Assembly (NCBI GenBank): GCA_963715045.1
Contig: CAVQRC010000016.1
Span: 1-64,000 of the forward strand
Length of the DNA stretch: 64,000 bases
DNA from: Pirellulales bacterium
GTDB taxonomy: Bacteria; Planctomycetota; Planctomycetia; Pirellulales; Lacipirellulaceae
Direction: 5' to 3'
This document shows positions 9,326 through 18,600 of the stretch, piece by piece; the stretch's first letter is position 1, and every line of letters begins with the position of its first letter. The notes under the pieces were generated by a model. The model was not told where the DNA came from, ran no database searches, and was given only the letters and a program-made list of their open reading frames with translations. The position numbers and the translations under genes are program-made.

Positions 9326-9374
9326 ACCAGCGGAGAGGTTGCTCAACGCGCGATCGCCGGAGCGGGCTGAGTGG

Positions 9375-10805
9375 TCAGTTGCGGCTTGCTCGAGACAAGT
9401 CAACCCGGCGAGCCTGACCAAGCTCTGCTGGTGATTGTGGGCCGGGACTGCGGGAGGGATTCGACGGTTCCTTACCGGCAGCGAACCCGAGCAGTTCGAG
9501 CGTGTGGTCGGTCGCGCCCTGGCGGGTCTGGATCGCGGCCTGGGCTCGGGCGCCGAGTGACTTTGCCCAGTCGGGTTGCTGGATGCAGCGACCGACGAAC
9601 TCCGCAAGCTGGGCCTTGTCGTGGATGACCACGGCCGCGTCGTGTTCGAGCAGCGTCGCCACGATCTGGCGGAAGTTTCGCGTGTTGGGGCCGAAGGAGA
9701 CCGCGGCTCCGTAGGCGGCCGGCTCGATCATGTTCTGGCCACCGCGACTGCCGAGACTCCCGCCGACGAATGCGATCTCGGCGAGCCCCCACCACGCGCC
9801 GAGCTCGCCGATCGTATCGACGAGCAGAATCCGCTCGGGCCCCCGGCGGCTGTCGCTGCCGAGTTGCGACCGCCGCCGCCACGGCAGGCCCGCGGTGTCG
9901 AGCAGGGCCGCCACGGCGTCGAACCGCTCGGGGTGCCGCGGCACGATCACCAGTTGCAGCCGTGGATCGATATCCATCCACTCGCGAAAAGCGGCCAGGG
10001 CGATCTCCTCTTCGGGATGCTGCGTGCTGCCGGCGATCCAGATCCGGTCCTGCGGTGTGAAGCGGGCAACCGTTCTGAGGCTTCGGGTGGCCTCGTTGTC
10101 GCGGTCGGTGTTCACGAGGTCGTATTTGAGTGAGCCGGTCGTGAAGAGCCGATCGCGGGGAGCCCCGAGTGCGGCAAATCGTTCGGCCGTTGCTTCGTCC
10201 TGAACGGCGATCACCGCGAGCCTGGCAAGAAGCCGGCGGATGAACCAGCGGATGCGTCGGTAGCCGCGGAAACTCGAATCGCTGAGGCGACCGTTGACGA
10301 TGGCGACGCGGACGCCGCGATGGGAAGCAATCGTGACCAGGTTCGGCCACAGCTCGAGTTCGGCGAGGAAAATGTCGGTGGGGCGAATCCGATCGAGGGC
10401 CGTGCGTACGGCCCAACTGAAATCGAGCGGGCAGTAGGCGACGGTGTAATTGCTGAAGCGTCTGCGGGCGAGGGCGTAGCCGGCATTGGTGGTCGACGTG
10501 ATCACGACGTCGATCTCGGGGTCAGCGGCGACGATCCCCTCGACCAGCCCCCGAATGACGTTGACTTCCCCGACACTGACGGCATGCAGCCAGACACAAC
10601 GTCGATCGCCGGTACGGCGAGGCAGCCGCCCCAAGAGCTTCTGCCCCCACCCCTGTCGATACTTGCCGCGACGGAGCATCGCCCACACGATAAACGGGGC
10701 GACGACCAGGCTCGTCACCCCGTAAACGATGTTCAACAGGTAGGAAGCAATTCGCAGCATCGCATGACTCTTCGTCCTTGAGGTTTCATCCTTGAGGCCC
10801 AACAC
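9375..10805 (-). CDS. waaA: 3-deoxy-D-manno-octulosonic acid (Kdo) transferase
   Basis: N-terminal domain motif LHAVSVGEV. Glycosyltransferase C-terminal half. The true start is probably the internal Met at ~10760 (MLRIASYLL...). Confidence 0.75.
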   Translation of the reverse strand: MLGLKDETSRTKSHAMLRIASYLLNIVYGVTSLVVAPFIVWAMLRRGKYRQGWGQKLLGRLPRRTGDRRCVWLHAVSVGEVNVIRGLVEGIVAADPEIDVVITSTTNAGYALARRRFSNYTVAYCPLDFSWAVRTALDRIRPTDIFLAELELWPNLVTIASHRGVRVAIVNGRLSDSSFRGYRRIRWFIRRLLARLAVIAVQDEATAERFAALGAPRDRLFTTGSLKYDLVNTDRDNEATRSLRTVARFTPQDRIWIAGSTQHPEEEIALAAFREWMDIDPRLQLVIVPRHPERFDAVAALLDTAGLPWRRRSQLGSDSRRGPERILLVDTIGELGAWWGLAEIAFVGGSLGSRGGQNMIEPAAYGAAVSFGPNTRNFRQIVATLLEHDAAVVIHDKAQLAEFVGRCIQQPDWAKSLGARAQAAIQTRQGATDHTLELLGFAAGKEPSNPSRSPGPQSPAELGQARRVDLSRASRN

Positions 10806-10817
10806 GACCAGAGATCG

Positions 10818-10876
10818 TAATGACTAAGGCCTAATGACTAAGGAATGCCAAAGCCCCAATGACGAACCAGAATGTC
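10818..10876. repeat. intergenic repeat motifs (TAATGACTAAGG x2; GAATGCC...AATGACGAACCAG)
   Basis: Direct repeats read from the sequence. The motif recurs at 55158-55270. Confidence 0.5.
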
Positions 10877-10930
10877 TGGGGATTGGTCATGGTGAAATCG
10901 TTCGTCGTAAGTGCAGAGGCGCTCCGCTGT

Positions 10931-13900
10931 CTACTTCCGTAAGCAGCATTGTTTGTGCTTTTTGCCACTGCCACACGGGCAGGGATCATTACGGCCGACA
11001 CGGCGTTCGCGATTGCGGATCGGTTCGAGTTTCACATCGCCTCCTGAGCCTTCGATCGCCGACTGCTGCTGAAGCGCGATTTCGCTGGTCGGCTGAACCT
11101 CCTCATGAACGGCGGTCGCGTCCGCCCAGGTGCTGCCCACGAACCGCTCGTCCAATTGTTCCATCTTGAAGATCAGGTTCGTGACGTAGTCGCCGACGCT
11201 GGCCCACATCTGTTCGAAGATCCTCATTCCCTCGCGTTTGTACTCCACCTTCGGATCGACCTGTGCATACCCCCTGAGCCCGACACTCTGCTTGAGGTGA
11301 TCCATCGCGAGCAAGTGTTCTTTCCAAGCCGTATCGAGAATCTGAACGATGAGGGCCCGCTCCATCCGCCGCATCTCGGGGCGGTAGCGGTCTTCAACGG
11401 CCCGCGAGATCCGCCGCCGAAACTGGTCCGGGTGCAGCTTCGCAAGTTCTTCGTCTTCGATTTCGCAGTCGCATGACGAGCGAAGCCACTCGGTAAGTTG
11501 GCCGAGTTTGCCGTTGCCACCGCTGAGCACCCCAATCGTGGCTGCCGAGCGTTGCTCTTCGTCGACCCCGACCGTGCCGAACCAGGCGTCGACCTTCTGC
11601 TGCGCTTCCGCCGCGACCTGGTTGGCAATTTCGTTGTTGCGGCGACTGTACTCGAGCAGCAATTCGCGGATCTCGACACGTTGCTTGTTGCGAAGTTCTT
11701 CGAGCGAAATCTCTGCCTTGAATCGCTTGTTGGCCCAACTCACCAGCTCGTCACGTTGGGGACGACGCTGACCGCTGGACTCGCGGACACTGAACATGGT
11801 CATCCCGGCGAGGACCGGATACTCGGCCTCGCGTTCCTCGTAGGCGAGGTGGGCCGCTTCGTGGGCCCGGCGGATGATGGTGTTGGTGTCGGCATCGGTG
11901 AACTCTGCGGGGTCGAGTTGGATGCCGAACTTATGCTGCATCCAGCCGCAGGCATTGCGGATGCCGAAATCGCTTGCGAGGAGGTCCGCGAGGGGCTCGA
12001 GATCGACTTTTTCAATCGCCTCGTGGGCCTTGGCGATGAGGAACTCATCGAGTGCGTCGCGGCCAACTTTCTTGAGGTCGCGGTCTCGGAAGGTGGTACC
12101 CCAGCGCACATTGGCGGTGTGTGCGAGGGCACCCCAGTTCCACTCGGAGGGGTCGTCTTCCTCGGGCAGATTCTCTTCGATGAGCTCGTAGACGAGCGAT
12201 TCGGAAGCGGTGTGGGCACGATCCCTGGCCACGCGGGCGGCTTCTTCGGGGCTGCAGCCGCGAAAATCCTTGGGTTCGAACTGATTGCCGAAGCGGCGAC
12301 TGGCCTCGGCGGCGTAGGACTCAATGCCGTAGTCGGTGGCGAGATACTGTCGGAACCGTTCTCCGATCTGCTCGTCGAGCATGTCGAGGAGGAGATCCCG
12401 GCAGTTGACGCCGTCGAGGATTTTCTGGCGATAGGTGTAGACCCGTTTGCGTTGCTCGTCCATCACCTCGTCGTATTCGAGGAGGTTTTTCCGCCGCTCG
12501 AAGTTCATTTCCTCGACTTTTTTCTGGGCGGCTTCGATGCGGCGGGTGACCATGCGGCTTTCGATGGCTTCGCCGGGCTGCATTCCAAGGCGGGTGAGGA
12601 TGTTCTTGACCCATTCGCCGGCGAAGATCCGCATCAAGTCGTCTTCGAGCGAGAGATAGAAGCGACTGCTGCCCGGGTCGCCCTGCCGCCCGCAACGGCC
12701 GCGGAGCTGGAGATCGATCCGCCGCGATTCGTGCCGCTCGGTGCCGATGATGTGCAGTCCCCCGAGTTTCTTGACTTCCTCGCCCTGCTCCTTCATGCAT
12801 TCCCGCTGTTCGATTTCGCTGACGAGGGCATCCCACTCTTCCTTGGGAACTTCTAGCCGTGTGGGGTATTTGTCCTGAAGTTGGGCCCAGGCCATGGTCT
12901 CGGGGTTACCTCCGAGCACGATGTCGGTGCCGCGTCCGGCCATGTTCGTGGCGATGGTAACGGCGCTCTTGCGGCCGGCCTGGGCGACGATTTCGGCCTC
13001 CCGCTTGTGATGCTTGGCATTGAGCACTTCGTGCGGCACGCCCCTTCTCCCGAGGGCGTCGGCGATGCGCTCACTCTTCTCGATCGAGACGGTTCCCACG
13101 AGCACCGGCCGGCCCGCCCGCTGGATGTCGGTGATCTTATTCCGCGGCACGCGTTCGACCTGTCGCGTCTCGGCCAGCTTCAGCGCAACCTCCTCCTCCG
13201 CCTCATCATCCTTGACGATCTCGCCGATCAAGGCGGTACCGTCGCTGAGGACCAGCGTGTCCTGCCGGCTGAGCCGTTCGATCTCGTCCGCAATGGCCGC
13301 GTACTTCTCTTTCTCGCTGCGGTAAATCACATCGGGATGCTCGATACGCTGCATCTCGCGGTTGGTCGGGACGGCCGTTACGTCGAGCTCGTAGATCTTC
13401 CAGAACTCGCCCGCCTCGGTCATCGCGGTTCCGGTCATACCGGCGATCTTTTCGTACAGCTTGAAGAAATTCTGCAGCGTGATCGTGGCGAGCGTCTGAT
13501 TTTCCTCCTTGATGCGGACGCCCTCTTTGGCCTCGACGGCCTGGTGCAAGCCGTCGCTCCAGTGGCGGCCCGGCATCAGGCGGCCCGTAAACTCGTCGAC
13601 GATGACGACCTCGCCATCCTGCACGACGTAGTTGACGTCGAGTTTGTAGAGGTGATGGGCCTTCAGCGAGTTGTCGATCAAGTGCGGCCACTGCATATTC
13701 CCGGCGGTGTAGAAACTCTCGACGCCGGCCAGCTTTTCTGCCGCGCGGACGCCCTCGTCAGTGAGATTTGCGGAATGTTCCTTTTCCTTGACCTCGAAGT
13801 GCAGCTCGTTCTGGAGCTGGCGGGCGATCTTGTCGGCCTTCTGGTACTTCGTGATGTCGTCTTCGGCCGGACCTGAAATAATCAGAGGAGTCCGTGCTTC

Positions 13901-14638
13901 GTCAATGAGAATGTTGTCGACCTCGTCGACGATGGCGTAGTTGAGACGTCCCTGCGACTGCTGCTGGTTGCGGGGGTAGGCTTTGTCTCCTCGAGCCGCG
14001 ATCCGCATGTTGTCGCGGAGATAATCGAAACCGAATTCGTTATTGGTGCCGTAGGTGATATCGCAGTCGTAGGCCTTCTGCCGCTCACCCGATTCCATGC
14101 CGCCTTGAATCGTGCCCACGGTAAGGCCCAGGTTCTGATACAGCGGTCCCATCCACTCCATGTCGCGGCGGGCGAGGTAGTCGTTCACCGTGACAATATG
14201 CACCCCTTTTCCCGACAGGGCATTGAGATAGGCCGGCAGCGTGGCTACAAGCGTTTTGCCTTCGCCGGTTACCATTTCGGCAATCGATCCGGAATGGAGA
14301 ATGACGCCGCCGATCAGCTGCACGTCGTAGTGCCGCATATTCAAGAACCGCTTGCCCCCTTCTCGACATACGGCGAAGGCTTCCACGAGCAGGTCATCGA
14401 GCGTTTCGCCGGCCGCGAGCCGGCGGCGAAACTCATCGGTCTGGGCCCGCAACTCGGCGTCGGTGAGGACCTCGTATTTCGATTCGAGGGCATTGATGGC
14501 CTCGACCTTGGGCTGAATCTGCTTCAGCCGTCGCGCATTGGCCGAGCCGAACAGGGACGTGACCCCTCGTTCAAAGCCTTGCAGGACAGCATTGCCGATG
14601 CCGGTGAGGATTTCCCAGAGACGTTCGATAATTTCCAT
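10931..14638 (-). CDS. secA: preprotein translocase ATPase SecA (1235 aa, long form)
   Basis: MVTGEGKTLVATLPAYLNAL. Conserved DEAD motor. C-terminal zinc-binding CPCGSGKKHKQCC. Confidence 0.95.
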   Translation of the reverse strand: MEIIERLWEILTGIGNAVLQGFERGVTSLFGSANARRLKQIQPKVEAINALESKYEVLTDAELRAQTDEFRRRLAAGETLDDLLVEAFAVCREGGKRFLNMRHYDVQLIGGVILHSGSIAEMVTGEGKTLVATLPAYLNALSGKGVHIVTVNDYLARRDMEWMGPLYQNLGLTVGTIQGGMESGERQKAYDCDITYGTNNEFGFDYLRDNMRIAARGDKAYPRNQQQSQGRLNYAIVDEVDNILIDEARTPLIISGPAEDDITKYQKADKIARQLQNELHFEVKEKEHSANLTDEGVRAAEKLAGVESFYTAGNMQWPHLIDNSLKAHHLYKLDVNYVVQDGEVVIVDEFTGRLMPGRHWSDGLHQAVEAKEGVRIKEENQTLATITLQNFFKLYEKIAGMTGTAMTEAGEFWKIYELDVTAVPTNREMQRIEHPDVIYRSEKEKYAAIADEIERLSRQDTLVLSDGTALIGEIVKDDEAEEEVALKLAETRQVERVPRNKITDIQRAGRPVLVGTVSIEKSERIADALGRRGVPHEVLNAKHHKREAEIVAQAGRKSAVTIATNMAGRGTDIVLGGNPETMAWAQLQDKYPTRLEVPKEEWDALVSEIEQRECMKEQGEEVKKLGGLHIIGTERHESRRIDLQLRGRCGRQGDPGSSRFYLSLEDDLMRIFAGEWVKNILTRLGMQPGEAIESRMVTRRIEAAQKKVEEMNFERRKNLLEYDEVMDEQRKRVYTYRQKILDGVNCRDLLLDMLDEQIGERFRQYLATDYGIESYAAEASRRFGNQFEPKDFRGCSPEEAARVARDRAHTASESLVYELIEENLPEEDDPSEWNWGALAHTANVRWGTTFRDRDLKKVGRDALDEFLIAKAHEAIEKVDLEPLADLLASDFGIRNACGWMQHKFGIQLDPAEFTDADTNTIIRRAHEAAHLAYEEREAEYPVLAGMTMFSVRESSGQRRPQRDELVSWANKRFKAEISLEELRNKQRVEIRELLLEYSRRNNEIANQVAAEAQQKVDAWFGTVGVDEEQRSAATIGVLSGGNGKLGQLTEWLRSSCDCEIEDEELAKLHPDQFRRRISRAVEDRYRPEMRRMERALIVQILDTAWKEHLLAMDHLKQSVGLRGYAQVDPKVEYKREGMRIFEQMWASVGDYVTNLIFKMEQLDERFVGSTWADATAVHEEVQPTSEIALQQQSAIEGSGGDVKLEPIRNRERRVGRNDPCPCGSGKKHKQCCLRK

Positions 14639-15058
14639 AGCAACTGGCAGAGAAGGTTAACGATCCACGTGGCGAAGCGGGGGGCCGACGCGGCGAAGAA
14701 GGTAGCACAAGGTGCGTGAAAGCCAAGACAATGAGGGGCCGGCTCCCGCCCGCGGCAGGCCGAGCCTCCCCGACAGCGATTCTCACCGAAGGTTCGCCAT
14801 CCAATACCGGGAGGATGTTGTACGAACGAACTCCTGTTCCCGTTGGGGTCCTCGCCGGGGGGCAATTGTGGGATCTTGAGTGGCGTGTGCGTAACCCGTT
14901 CGCCCCATCTGGGCGACCCGGCAAGGATTGCGTAAGCTGGGAAGGAATCAAAGTTTATAGCGAGTGCCAGAGGGGGTCAACAACAGTGCGGAACTGCCGC
15001 GGAGCCAGTCCGCGATACGGCCCGCCAACTCGGCTCAGCAATTCCGGGGAGGACTCCG

Positions 15059-15868
15059 TTGATGCCTAGAAAGGCCCGATCTCTCGACGTCGCCGGGCAA
15101 CTCGTATTCCTCGGGACCGGTACGAGTGTGGGAGTCCCTTCAATCGGCTGCGCGTGCCGCACATGCACCAGCGATCACCCGCGAAATCAGCGGACCCGCT
15201 GTGCCGTGCTGCTCGGCCTGCCGCAGGGGAATCTGCTGGTCGATACGCCACCCGACCTGAGGACCCAACTCCTGCGGGAAGGGATCGGGATCGTGCATGC
15301 GGTGCTCTACACGCACGAGCATGCCGATCACGTATTCGGACTCGACGATCTCCGCTTGATGCAGTTCTATCTCGACGGCCCGGTGCCGCTGTATTGCGAG
15401 CCGAAAGTCGAGGCCCGCATTCGCAAATCGTTCGACTACGCGTTTACTCCTCCGGCGGGACTCCACACGGGCGGGGCGCCTCAGCTCGTGTTTCACACGA
15501 TCGGCCTGGAGCCGTTCGAGGTGCTGGGAGCCGAGGTCCGTCCGGTCCGCCTGCGACACGGTCCGAACTTTGATGTGCTTGGCTTCCGGTTCGGCGACAT
15601 CGCCTACTGCACGGACACCAACGAAATTCCACCCGAGAGCATGGCCCAACTCGAAGGTCTCGACGTGCTGATCCTCGATGCCCTGCGATTCACTCCACAC
15701 GTCACCCACTACTCACTCGATGAGGCCATTGCGGTGGCCGAGCAACTGCGGCCGAGAAAGACCTACCTCACGCATACGTCGCACGAGTTGGATTACGAAG
15801 ACATGCAGGCGAGGCTCCCGGACGGGATCGAACTGGCGTATGACGGATTGAGGATCGAGCTTGGGTAG
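15059..15868 (+). CDS. MBL-fold metallo-hydrolase (PhnP-like)
   Basis: HEHADH motif. FLGTGTSVGVP glycine-rich start typical of the RNase Z/PhnP family. Confidence 0.75.
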   Translation: MMPRKARSLDVAGQLVFLGTGTSVGVPSIGCACRTCTSDHPRNQRTRCAVLLGLPQGNLLVDTPPDLRTQLLREGIGIVHAVLYTHEHADHVFGLDDLRLMQFYLDGPVPLYCEPKVEARIRKSFDYAFTPPAGLHTGGAPQLVFHTIGLEPFEVLGAEVRPVRLRHGPNFDVLGFRFGDIAYCTDTNEIPPESMAQLEGLDVLILDALRFTPHVTHYSLDEAIAVAEQLRPRKTYLTHTSHELDYEDMQARLPDGIELAYDGLRIELG

Positions 15869-15882
15869 AGAAGGGGTTAGTG

Positions 15883-16008
15883 GCCGGGGGTCGGGGGTCA
15901 GGAGGGGAGTTATTTTAGGGGATTGAGGGCTTGGGGAGCGTAAAGGTACTCCGGCGGTATCCCGATCAGAGATTATCTGACCCCTGACCCCTGACCCCTG
16001 ATCCCTCC
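15883..16008. repeat. G-rich / C-rich inverted repeat (GGGGTCGGGGGTCAGG ... CCTGACCCCTGACCCCTGATCCC) between convergent genes
   Basis: The arms are near-perfect reverse complements separated by ~75 nt. Likely a bidirectional terminator. Same (CCCTGAC)n motif as at 60271-60304. Confidence 0.5.
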
Positions 16009-18129
16009 CTAGGGCACGGCGGCTTCTTTCTGGAGGGGTCGGGCGGCGATTTTTCCATCGCGGAGAATGGCCGTGTAGTCGCTGACGATATTGAGCACCT
16101 CGGCGTTATAGAAGTTCTCCGCGTCGAACACGGGACGCTCGGTCTCCTCATCCACCTTCAGCGCATCCTCTTCGTCCTGCATCTCTTTCCGCTCTGCGAG
16201 GAACTTGTCGAGATTCAGCGTCTGCGTCTTACGCTCCTTCCGATCGAGGTAGTTCTTGATGCGAGCTGCGAGCTTGGCAAAGTCCTGCGATCCGTCACGG
16301 CGTTGGGCTGACCGCTTCCGCAACGTTTCGACCGTTGCCGCATTTACCATGCCGAACATATCGTGCTCGAGCGGCGGCACCTGGTCGAATTCGATCGCAT
16401 GATCGAGATCGGCCTCGCCGACGGGGAGATGCGTGCTGATCGAGGGGATCGGCACATCAGCGAGCACGCCTCGTTTCTGGGTACTGTCTCCGCTGGGAAG
16501 GTAGAACTGCTGAATCGTGAGTTTCAACGCACCCCACTCTTTCGGATTGGGGTCGAGTCGGAACTGCGTGCGGTAGACATCGAAGAGTTGTTGGACGGTT
16601 CCCTTGCCGTGCGTGGTTTCATCGCCCACGACGATCGCCCGGCCGTAGTCCTGTAGCGCTCCGGCGAAGATCTCACTGGCACTGGCGCTGAACTTGCTGG
16701 TCAGAATAACGACGGGTCCGTTCCAGGCCATCGCCGGTTTCTTGTCGCGGTAGCGTTGCACCCGGCCGGCCGGATTCTTGACCTGTACCACGGGTCCCTC
16801 GTCGATAAACAAGCCGGTCATGTCGACGGCCTCGGTGAGAGAGCCTCCTCCATTGCGACGCAAATCGATCAAGACGACGTCAACGCCCTTCTGGTTGAAC
16901 TCCTGAAGCAGCCGTTCGACGTCGCGGGTGGTGCTTTTGAAGTCATCGGAGCCTTCATTGCGGGCTTCCATGTCGGTGTAGAAGCTGGGCAGGTCGATGA
17001 CGCCGATTCGCAGCGACTCGCCATTGGGTTTGGAGCCCCATTCAATGATCTCGCTGCGGGCTTCGCTGTCCTTGAGCTCGATTTTGGCCCGGGTAATGTT
17101 GAACGTCTGGGTACCGGCACCATCGCGGACGACCTCCAGACGGACAATCGATCCGGCTGGACCGCGAATCATCTCGACCACGTCATTGAGCTTCATATCG
17201 ACGACGTCTACCAGTTCTCCGTCTGTTCCCTGGCCGACACCCACGATCCGGTCTTCGACCTCGAGTCGGCCGTCTTTACTGGCCGCGCCTCCGGGGATGA
17301 CCTTCTTAATGACGATGTCTCCGTCCTCATTCGCCAGCGAAGCTCCAATGCCTTCGAGCTTGAGGCCCATCAGGATGAAGAAATTTCGCAGGGTGCTGGG
17401 AGCCATGTACGAGCTGTGCGGATCGAACCCTGCCGTGAGCGCGGTGAGATACCATTCAAGGAGTTCCTCGCTGTCGGTCTGATTGGCGAGCCGGGCCCGA
17501 CTGGAGTACCGCTTCTTGAGTCGCTGGACGGCCTCTTGGGCCGTGACATCGCCATCGGCTGTCAGGACCAGCAGGTCGTACTTGATTCGCTTTCTCCAAC
17601 GTTCGCGGGCCTCTTGGGATGTTGTCGAGTAGACGGCCGCGTCGCCGTCACGAATCACTTCCTCGTCGAGCGTGAAGTCATGTTGCTCATCGAGCAGAGC
17701 CATGGCGTCATCGACCCGCTCCTGCATGCGTTGTCGGAATCGATCGTAAATATTCCGGGCGAGCTTGAGGTGCTCAACAGCAGCCGTGGAAACCGTGAGG
17801 CGATCATCAATCGCCTGCTCGGCCTGCTTGAACTCGTCGACGTCGCTCTGGAAGAAATAGAGCTTCAGTGGATCGAGCGTATCCAGATAGACCTCGAGGC
17901 TGCGTTGCCACTTTTCGTCGTTGAGTTGCCGCTTGCCGGAAACGTGATACTGCTGCATCAGGGCACTGACCCAACGGGCAATCTGTTTCTCGTCCTTGGA
18001 CTCGAGCGGCTTGGCGGGAGCTGCCTGGGGAAGCGAGAGCAGGGTTGCCGAAGCTGCGGCCAGCAGGACGCCGATCACGATTGCTCGAACGCTTCTTGTT
18101 CGACCCAAGCTTCTGGAGCCTAAGTGCAT
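16009..18129 (-). CDS. prc: C-terminal processing (tail-specific) protease, S41 family
   Basis: PDZ segment IKKVIPGGAASKDGRLEVEDRIV. S41 catalytic region VVLIDLRRNGGGSLTEAV and TSKFSASASEIFAGALQD. Signal peptide starts at MHLGSRSL...; the ORF track extends to 18393. Confidence 0.85.
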   Translation of the reverse strand: MHLGSRSLGRTRSVRAIVIGVLLAAASATLLSLPQAAPAKPLESKDEKQIARWVSALMQQYHVSGKRQLNDEKWQRSLEVYLDTLDPLKLYFFQSDVDEFKQAEQAIDDRLTVSTAAVEHLKLARNIYDRFRQRMQERVDDAMALLDEQHDFTLDEEVIRDGDAAVYSTTSQEARERWRKRIKYDLLVLTADGDVTAQEAVQRLKKRYSSRARLANQTDSEELLEWYLTALTAGFDPHSSYMAPSTLRNFFILMGLKLEGIGASLANEDGDIVIKKVIPGGAASKDGRLEVEDRIVGVGQGTDGELVDVVDMKLNDVVEMIRGPAGSIVRLEVVRDGAGTQTFNITRAKIELKDSEARSEIIEWGSKPNGESLRIGVIDLPSFYTDMEARNEGSDDFKSTTRDVERLLQEFNQKGVDVVLIDLRRNGGGSLTEAVDMTGLFIDEGPVVQVKNPAGRVQRYRDKKPAMAWNGPVVILTSKFSASASEIFAGALQDYGRAIVVGDETTHGKGTVQQLFDVYRTQFRLDPNPKEWGALKLTIQQFYLPSGDSTQKRGVLADVPIPSISTHLPVGEADLDHAIEFDQVPPLEHDMFGMVNAATVETLRKRSAQRRDGSQDFAKLAARIKNYLDRKERKTQTLNLDKFLAERKEMQDEEDALKVDEETERPVFDAENFYNAEVLNIVSDYTAILRDGKIAARPLQKEAAVP

Positions 18130-18600
18130 GGCGAAACCCTCTTGTCTTTGAGGCGGAAAAATGTGGGAGATTCCGGAGGCGATGACCACGGTCCCGGATC
18201 GTGAACAGACTGTCTTGCGCGGTGTCCCTGTCTCTTGCCGACTCTTGGCGGATGCCGGGTCAGACGCGTTGACGCTGGATTGGACGTGGTGCGGATACGG
18301 CCGAAGCACTCCGGAGGTTGGTTCTAAGTAGAAACCAAGTAACGGGTTACCACGGATATTAGCGGGATAGGGGAAGCCCGGCAAGACCGACAAACCTTAA
18401 CGGTCACCGATCGCAGCCAGGTTGTCTCCAAAAAGTACGCGGCGGAAACGGCGAATTTCAATTGTTACGGCCGCGGACAGGTTCTGGTTTGGAGAGAAAA
18501 GGAACGATCGGCAAGATTATCCTGATCGGTGACCGCGTCGGATGGGCTTCCCGTCACGAAGTGCCGTCGCGTTGTCCGAAGACGCAACCGCAATCGGCTG

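Noticed and set aside
9277-9360. Possible minus-strand tRNA (GTTCGAGTCC T-loop-like sequence, 3' CCAGGG)
   Set aside because: The flanking 5-nt segments (ACACG / CCCGT) pair at only 3 of 5 positions. No D-arm or anticodon arm could be built, and no tRNA-Sec-like 8/5 geometry was found. Kept only as a hairpin or possible att remnant.
9472-10416. 314-aa Arg-rich minus-strand ORF
   Set aside because: Alternate frame within waaA. Composition is Arg/Pro-rich junk.
11498-12856. 452-aa plus-strand ORF
   Set aside because: It lies entirely antisense within secA and is a shadow ORF of a high-GC gene.
16756-18123. 455-aa plus-strand ORF
   Set aside because: Antisense shadow ORF inside the prc gene.
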